A stretch of 18,188 nt of DNA from a virus. The position numbers were made by a program, and so were the translations under genes. Shown here piece by piece: positions 13,950 through 18,188 of this stretch; the first letter of the stretch is position 1; each line of letters starts with the position of its first letter. The notes under the pieces are model-generated. The model did not search any database. It was not told the DNA's origin and was given only the letters and a program-made list of their open reading frames with translations. The stretch covers positions 1 through 18,188 of IMG/VR virus record IMGVR_UViG_3300045988_030933, one strand, 5' to 3'.

Positions 13950-15008
13950 CTACTTTTCCAGTGCGCCCGCCTCCGCTATCCACCGGTCAAATTGCCGTCT
14001 TGAGCGCTGATAGCCCTCACTGTTGCCCTTGAAAATCGACGTGAAGCCGTGTCGAACGGGGTCATACACCGTCCAGTCGAAAACAATACGCGGGGCATCG
14101 GTCTGTTCGATAAAAGCGCGTTTCTGCGCAGCGGATAGGCTGCGGAACCGTTTAAGGCGTTTCGAACCAAGTGAGGTGGCCAAGATTTTTTCGAACACTT
14201 CATAACGTCCGCGACTCATATAGGACGGCCACTCGTGCTCGCCGTACAGGTCTTTACTCTTTTTGCCCGTCCCCTGTTTTTTGGACTTGCGTTTCCGTTC
14301 GGTGCGCAATCCTAATATTTCGGCTGCGTCATGCATTTGCTCAAGCAACTCGTTACGCCGTCCGCTCTCCAATTGGGAACGCACAAACGCTTCGTCGCTC
14401 AATACGTTGGTCATCTGCAAAAAATCAGTGAGTTTTGACGGAATGATCTGATTACGTCCGAAACCCTCTCCGGTGGTACCGGTGATTTCAGATACACGCT
14501 GCTCGTACACGCTGCGTTTCGGCATGGCCTGTTCGCGGTTCCATTCGTTGATTTTGCGTCGTGCCGCATTGATTTTCCGCTGCTGCTGCCGTAAGAGTTT
14601 ACGTCGTTTCGCCACGGGTTCCGCTTCGATCTGCGCGTTCGTGATGGGCGTGCGTTGGGCGAACATAATGTCTTTTTTCGTCGGCTTTTCCGCGGCGGTG
14701 GCATGGTATGGTGTGTTTTTCGCTGCCGCTATGGTCTGTTTTTTCTGCCGCTCCCACTCTTTGCCTAAGGTTTTCGCGATATTGACTAGTTGCTTGTCGG
14801 CGGTTTTTGCGAGATTCGTGTGAGAGTATGTGCCAAGTTTGCTAATGTTGCGGGCGGCACGTGCTTCCGCAGCCTGTCTTGCCTTGACGTGCTTGCGTGC
14901 CTTGCTGTCCGCTTTGATGGCTACCGTGCCAATACCGGTGTTGTTGGCGTGAGGGGTGTAGTGTTGACTTGCGACTGCTCGGGATGATTTTCTTTGCTTT
15001 CGTGACAT
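13950..15008 (-). CDS. Putative terminal protein (TP)
   Basis: 352 aa and very basic (MSRKQRKSSR..., KRRKLLRQQQRKINAARRKI, RKRKSKKQGTGKKSK). It lies immediately upstream of the DNAP, as in phi29 gene 3-gene 2. The genome has ITRs. No direct sequence match to phi29 TP was recognised by eye. Confidence 0.6.
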   Translation of the reverse strand: MSRKQRKSSRAVASQHYTPHANNTGIGTVAIKADSKARKHVKARQAAEARAARNISKLGTYSHTNLAKTADKQLVNIAKTLGKEWERQKKQTIAAAKNTPYHATAAEKPTKKDIMFAQRTPITNAQIEAEPVAKRRKLLRQQQRKINAARRKINEWNREQAMPKRSVYEQRVSEITGTTGEGFGRNQIIPSKLTDFLQMTNVLSDEAFVRSQLESGRRNELLEQMHDAAEILGLRTERKRKSKKQGTGKKSKDLYGEHEWPSYMSRGRYEVFEKILATSLGSKRLKRFRSLSAAQKRAFIEQTDAPRIVFDWTVYDPVRHGFTSIFKGNSEGYQRSRRQFDRWIAEAGALEK

Positions 15009-15027
15009 ATGCAGTCCTTAAGATGGC

Positions 15028-15053
15028 GAGAGCACCCCAATTAGGGTGCTCTC
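15028..15053 (-). promoter_or_regulatory. Stable 5'-UTR hairpin ahead of the TP gene
   Basis: GAGAGCACCC-(6 nt)-GGGTGCTCTC forms a 10-bp perfect stem with no U-tract on either strand. It lies between the promoter at 15076-15084 and the TP RBS. Confidence 0.55.
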
Positions 15054-15075
15054 TGTGAACGAACGCTACTTAACG

Positions 15076-15084
15076 ATTATAGCA
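15076..15084 (-). promoter_or_regulatory. Extended -10 promoter (TGCTATAAT) for TP-DNAP
   Basis: The minus strand reads TTGCTATAAT, 3 nt after the SSB-like stop. The 9-mer is identical to the right-end early promoter. Confidence 0.55.
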
Positions 15085-15087
15085 AGT

Positions 15088-15525
15088 TCACTTGGTTTTC
15101 TCTTCGTCCACCGGCTCAATGCTGAAAAACTTGAAGCCACGGCGGGAACGACGTTCCACCACCTTGATAGCAAGCGGTGCCTCCCAAGTGTTCGGCGTTC
15201 CAAAAATGCCGAACATGGTATTCAATCCAGCTGCGAGAGTGGGGGAGGTGGCCGCATACGCCTTATTGTCGTCGGTTACGATGATGACGCGCACGGTATT
15301 GGAGATTTCGCCCGTCTGATCATCCGTCACCTGTACGGCCTGGGCGACGGCATTCACCATGTTCAACGTTTCGTTCAAATGTTCATCCAGCTTTTCGGCG
15401 TTCTGAAGCGCAGAGTAGAGTTTGATCTTACCTTCGCGGGTGGAAGTGTCGATGAAGTGCTGGACGGTGCCGAGTTCGGTGGACTCGGTGTTGAATGCGA
15501 CAAGTGCGGTGTTGGTGTTTTCCAT
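15088..15525 (-). CDS. Putative single-stranded DNA-binding protein
   Basis: 145 aa. The pattern ...VQVTDDQTGEISNTVRVIIVTDDNKAYAATSPTLAAGLNTMFGIFGTPNTWEAPLAIKVVERRSRRGFKFFSIE resembles the lactococcal-phage type SSB family as I recall it. Its position just upstream of TP and DNAP fits a replication module. RBS is AAGGGAAGG. Confidence 0.45.
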   Translation of the reverse strand: MENTNTALVAFNTESTELGTVQHFIDTSTREGKIKLYSALQNAEKLDEHLNETLNMVNAVAQAVQVTDDQTGEISNTVRVIIVTDDNKAYAATSPTLAAGLNTMFGIFGTPNTWEAPLAIKVVERRSRRGFKFFSIEPVDEEKTK

Positions 15526-15584
15526 GATATTACCTTCCCTTAACTATTGTTGTTATTTTATTTTTCAGGCTTATGCCTAAAATC

Positions 15585-15593
15585 TTTTATATC
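15585..15593 (-). promoter_or_regulatory. Extended -10 promoter (TGATATAAA) upstream of the SSB-like gene
   Basis: The minus strand reads TGATATAAA and overlaps the stop of the 104-aa ORF. It is intergenic and AT-rich. Confidence 0.45.
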
Positions 15594-15906
15594 ACATGCC
15601 GTCATTATTTTCAATTTCGGCATGTCGTTTTGTATGCTCTTCGGGATTCCATTCTTGCGGCTCACCAAAAGTCGCATACTTATAAAAAGTCTCCTCATTC
15701 ATAGAGACTTTTTGCGAAAAAACGTGAATAGAGCGCGGAATGAAATTAGGAAACAGTTTCTTCGCGCGAATCGAATATGCGCGCGCGTCCTTAAGTCGCC
15801 CGTCGATGACATGCTCGGCTTCCATGAAATCGCCGTCAACAAGTTCCATGCCCTTGAGCACGGCATAGACGCGCGTGCGAAAAATATCGGTTTTGGTTCT
15901 AGCCAT
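15592..15906 (-). CDS. Hypothetical early protein (104 aa)
   Basis: The ORF-track ATG at 15912 is only 2 nt from GGGAGG. The second ATG at 15906 (MARTKTDIF...) has proper spacing. No recognisable domain. Confidence 0.65.
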   Translation of the reverse strand: MARTKTDIFRTRVYAVLKGMELVDGDFMEAEHVIDGRLKDARAYSIRAKKLFPNFIPRSIHVFSQKVSMNEETFYKYATFGEPQEWNPEEHTKRHAEIENNDGM

Positions 15907-15911
15907 ATGCA

Positions 15912-16430
15912 TTACCTCCCTTGTAGTAAGATTTTTTGCAATTCATCATCATTATACCGTGTCGTGTCCAGTCTGTCAAAATTTTTAAACACTGCAATAA
16001 TGAGATTTTGAGCTTGTGGACTATCAAAGATCGTGCAGCAATCATATGACGTGCACCCTTTGACAGCGCAGACGGCACACCATGCAATCAGATTAGGCGG
16101 GTTGATGGTACCGTCCAAGTATTCCACATCATACGTGCGTGACAGGGCGGCGGAAAAACCGTCCGATATGGTCATGTTCCCGCAAATCTGCGATACGACA
16201 ATTATTGCTTGCGTAAACCATGTGCTAGCCCCGTCGCGCCACAGTTCACATAGCATGTTCACGGCACGGCAGCATGTTTCAAAATCCCCATGCCCCATGT
16301 CATAGCGTTTCAGATTCAGCTCGCGTTTCCGGCCTTTCGTAGCCTTGACAATACGAGGCGATTCCATGATCGCATCATCAAATTTCCTCATGCGATAGAT
16401 CGGGATCCGGTCATTGCCACGGTTAAACAT
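15912..16430 (-). CDS. Hypothetical Cys-rich early protein (172 aa from MFNRGND)
   Basis: The open frame extends to 16472, but the ATG at 16430 has a GAAAGG RBS and only an 8-nt overlap with the upstream small ORF. Cys clusters are CCRAVNMLC and WCAVCAVKGCTSYDCC. No domain recognised. Confidence 0.6.
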   Translation of the reverse strand: MFNRGNDRIPIYRMRKFDDAIMESPRIVKATKGRKRELNLKRYDMGHGDFETCCRAVNMLCELWRDGASTWFTQAIIVVSQICGNMTISDGFSAALSRTYDVEYLDGTINPPNLIAWCAVCAVKGCTSYDCCTIFDSPQAQNLIIAVFKNFDRLDTTRYNDDELQKILLQGR

Positions 16431-16599
16431 AGTAGCGCCTTTCGACCCTGAAGTATGCAATGTTGCGTACATGCGTGGGTACTGCCGCCCACTTGCGAAT
16501 CAGCTCGGCGGCTTTACCGTATGACGTGGCATACCCCACTTCAATAGGGGGTTTATTGCCATGCCTCAAATATGCCAGTGCAACAAACGTTTTGTACAT
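16423..16599 (-). CDS. Possible small early protein (58 aa, below ORF-track cutoff)
   Basis: Hand translation gives MYKTFVALAYLRHGNKPPIEVGYATSYGKAAELIRKWAAVPTHVRNIAYFRVERRYYV. The ATG lies 2 nt after the upstream stop. It fills an otherwise unexplained 130-nt gap in a tightly packed operon. Confidence 0.35.
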   Translation of the reverse strand: MYKTFVALAYLRHGNKPPIEVGYATSYGKAAELIRKWAAVPTHVRNIAYFRVERRYYV

Positions 16600-16601
16600 G
16601 A

Positions 16602-16805
16602 TTAAAATTCCAATCCCTCATTACCTGACTCGGCACCGAGCCACCACATATCAGACCACAAGCCCATACTCGGACACCTCTTCGGCGGTGTAAAAGCGTC
16701 ACCCTTGCGTTTCGCTCCCGCCCAAAACGCACGCAAACGCCAATACGTGTCAGCATAAGCGCAGTCCTTGCACACCCACGAATGCAACCAGCCACGAAAA
16801 TACAT
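16602..16805 (-). CDS. Hypothetical small early protein (67 aa, Trp-rich)
   Basis: The ATG lies 2 nt after the upstream stop. The composition is more protein-like than the overlapping 80-aa frame. No domain recognised. Confidence 0.45.
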   Translation of the reverse strand: MYFRGWLHSWVCKDCAYADTYWRLRAFWAGAKRKGDAFTPPKRCPSMGLWSDMWWLGAESGNEGLEF

Positions 16806-16807
16806 GA

Positions 16808-17053
16808 CTAATCCCTACCCAAGAGTGGCGTGTGTGCGATATCGATAGCGTCCAGCATAAGATCAACCACCTGACTACCATCACCCGCATCATACGCACA
16901 CAAAGCAGTGGCATTACGAAACCCAACAGTAGTACGGAATCGGACGGCATACCTCAGCTCGTACCGTTGGCCGTGAGGACAATACCACAGACGCACGCCA
17001 CCGCCTACAAACGGCGACGCAAACACGGCAACATTCATATCATTCATACACAT
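16808..17053 (-). CDS. Hypothetical small early protein (81 aa)
   Basis: ATG start directly after the stop of the small membrane ORF. No domain recognised. Confidence 0.55.
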   Translation of the reverse strand: MCMNDMNVAVFASPFVGGGVRLWYCPHGQRYELRYAVRFRTTVGFRNATALCAYDAGDGSQVVDLMLDAIDIAHTPLLGRD

Positions 17054-17054
17054 T

Positions 17055-17225
17055 TCAAAAACCCTTTACTGCAAAAGCCAAAACCATAGCCACACTTACT
17101 GCAAGCATGACCAAAAAACAAAACACATCCCGCACGTCACGCTGAGTCTCACGGAACGCAACGGCACATGCCGCGACAAGCAGAATCGCAAACAGAACGA
17201 CAACAATACTCATACACGTCATCAT
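17055..17225 (-). CDS. Small two-TM membrane protein (56 aa, below ORF-track cutoff)
   Basis: Hand translation gives MMTCMSIVVVLFAILLVAACAVAFRETQRDVRDVFCFLVMLAVSVAMVLAFAVKGF. It has two hydrophobic helices separated by a charged loop. Its ATG overlaps the upstream TGA as ATGA. Confidence 0.55.
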   Translation of the reverse strand: MMTCMSIVVVLFAILLVAACAVAFRETQRDVRDVFCFLVMLAVSVAMVLAFAVKGF

Positions 17226-17452
17226 ACCAGCACCACTTTCACCACACCAACCATAGCGCCATCAAGGTCAAACGTGGCATTATCAATATCCACGTTCACA
17301 TCCATACCCGCATAGGCGCTGCGGATATGAGATAGCACGCCGACCAACGACGCTTTCAACGACGTTGTATGAAACATGCCACTAGGCTTCACGCAGTCAG
17401 GCAGAATCTCAAATACCTGAAACCCATCATTGGTGATGATAAAATACCACAT
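17222..17452 (-). CDS. Hypothetical small early protein (76 aa)
   Basis: The ORF-track start at 17470 is a TTG inside TTGAAAGGGAGG. The ATG at 17452 follows the GGGAGG RBS. Confidence 0.6.
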   Translation of the reverse strand: MWYFIITNDGFQVFEILPDCVKPSGMFHTTSLKASLVGVLSHIRSAYAGMDVNVDIDNATFDLDGAMVGVVKVVLV

Positions 17453-17466
17453 ATCAAACCTCCCTT

Positions 17467-17724
17467 TCAATCAATATTCATATTGGTGATATGAATGATC
17501 TGGCGCAACTGTACAATCGCTTCGGACAACTCGCTTAACAATGCGGCATGGTCAGCCAGCGCTTCCACCGGAACGACCTGGCAACTCAAGCGCACGCCAC
17601 CATCCAACACCTCCCCCCCGGCATCAATACGGACATAATCACCAATACAGCCCATCACATGACCGTTGCCATCATCCTTAAGCACACCGTTATAGTGAGC
17701 AGTAAGCGGAATCCTGATTTTCAT
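17467..17724 (-). CDS. Hypothetical small early protein (85 aa)
   Basis: The ORF-track start at 17739 is a TTG inside TTGGAGG. The ATG at 17724 (MKIRIPL...) follows the GGAGG RBS. Confidence 0.6.
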   Translation of the reverse strand: MKIRIPLTAHYNGVLKDDGNGHVMGCIGDYVRIDAGGEVLDGGVRLSCQVVPVEALADHAALLSELSEAIVQLRQIIHITNMNID

Positions 17725-17739
17725 ACGTGAAACCTCCAA

Positions 17740-17982
17740 TCAGTGAATCAAGGCGTCGGATACCGCTTCCGCGATGGTGTCTCCAGTTCCCAAGACAACG
17801 GCGGGGCGGCAATGATCAGCGTAAACGGCATAAAACACATCAACCGCGTCCACCTTACGCCCATCTTCGGTAGTGCGATAGTATGGCGTCTCAACCCTCT
17901 TGACGCAAGCGCGCGCCATCAATTCCCGCACACTCTCGATACTAACGCCAGCTTCCTTTGCGATTTGCTTATAATTTTCCAT
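17740..17982 (-). CDS. First early gene, small protein with possible N-terminal helix-turn-helix
   Basis: 80 aa. NYKQIAKEAGVSIESVRELMARA looks HTH-like. RBS is GGGAGGTAAATAAA-ATG. It is the first ORF after the right-end promoter. Confidence 0.6.
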   Translation of the reverse strand: MENYKQIAKEAGVSIESVRELMARACVKRVETPYYRTTEDGRKVDAVDVFYAVYADHCRPAVVLGTGDTIAEAVSDALIH

Positions 17983-18014
17983 TTTATTTACCTCCCTTGT
18001 AGTCGATATTTTTC

Positions 18015-18023
18015 ATTATAGCA
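18015..18023 (-). promoter_or_regulatory. Right-end early promoter, extended -10 (TGCTATAAT)
   Basis: The minus strand reads TGCTATAAT, about 33 nt upstream of the first early ATG. There is no recognisable -35. Confidence 0.6.
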
Positions 18024-18068
18024 TAAACGAAATTACGACACGCCGTAAAACAAAACAACATAAAAAGC

Positions 18069-18089
18069 CCCTAGGCAATAAACCTAGGG
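18069..18089. other. Right subterminal hairpin, mirror copy of the left one
   Basis: CCCTAGG-caataaa-CCTAGGG forms a 7-bp stem. Read inward from the end it is followed by GCTTTTTATG, as at the left end (GCTTATTTTATG). Confidence 0.7.
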
Positions 18090-18111
18090 ACTTTACTTTA
18101 CGCATTTTCCG

Positions 18112-18188
18112 GCAAACGCTTCCATATCCTCAGCAGGAAACAGAAGCAAACCGTCATCCGTTTCATAAGGCAAAAGGAACAGATACGA
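18112..18188. repeat. Right inverted terminal repeat (ITR-R), 77 bp perfect
   Basis: Exact reverse complement of nt 1-77. Confidence 0.97.

Noticed and set aside
15685-15712. 9-bp hairpin AAAAGTCTC-(10 nt)-GAGACTTTT with flanking T/A runs inside the 104-aa early ORF
   Set aside because: It lies inside an open reading frame that continues normally. The stem is AT-rich and short, so it could arise by chance in this AT-rich gene. No independent support.
16431-16472. Longer 186-aa version of the Cys-rich early protein starting at ATG 16472
   Set aside because: There is no SD upstream of 16472, and it would overlap the 58-aa ORF by about 50 nt. The ATG at 16430 has a GAAAGG RBS. The longer form is not excluded if the 58-aa ORF is not real.
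16553-16795. 80-aa minus-strand ORF overlapping the 67-aa ORF
   Set aside because: It has an Arg/Cys/Gly-rich off-frame composition. Its start lies inside the neighbouring ORF with no RBS. The 67-aa frame plus the 58-aa sub-threshold ORF tile the region with the 2-nt spacing seen elsewhere.
1-18188. CRISPR arrays, integrase/attachment sites, transposase or other mobile-element signatures
   Set aside because: No spaced direct repeats, no recombinase-like ORF and no lysogeny module were seen. The content is consistent with a strictly lytic picovirus-type phage.

Overview
The window appears to be a complete linear genome (18,188 bp) of a small phi29-like, protein-primed podophage. Bases 1-77 are the exact reverse complement of 18112-18188 (ITR), and a degenerate extension carries a mirrored CCTAGG hairpin near each end. 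Every credible gene is on the minus strand, so transcription runs right to left. The right end holds an early block of small orphan ORFs. Next come a putative SSB, a basic putative terminal protein and a short divergent family-B DNA polymerase. These are followed by a structured non-coding region of about 170 nt with its own promoter and terminator. The late genes then follow in the order scaffold, Ig-decorated major capsid, tail knob, portal, lower collar, fibre, tailspike and CHAP tail lysin. The last cassette is packaging ATPase, holin and CHAP-SH3b endolysin. Strong AGGAGG-type RBSs and -35-less extended -10 promoters suggest a Gram-positive host, but the host cannot be named from sequence. 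The main leads are listed below.
- A candidate prohead/packaging RNA (pRNA) syntenic with the phi29 pRNA.
- A 483-aa polymerase with apparently degenerate exonuclease and atypical polymerase motifs.
- Hairpin + U-tract + SD modules that punctuate the late operon, including a promoter-then-terminator leader in front of the ATPase-lysis cassette.
- A 33-nt palindrome burying the tail-lysin start codon.
- A compositionally mosaic tailspike preceded by a 55-aa paralogue of its own N-terminal anchor.
- An expanded Q/N/A-rich glycine-zipper insert in the tail knob.
All homology statements come from motif recognition by eye and recalled phi29 sequences, not from database searches.
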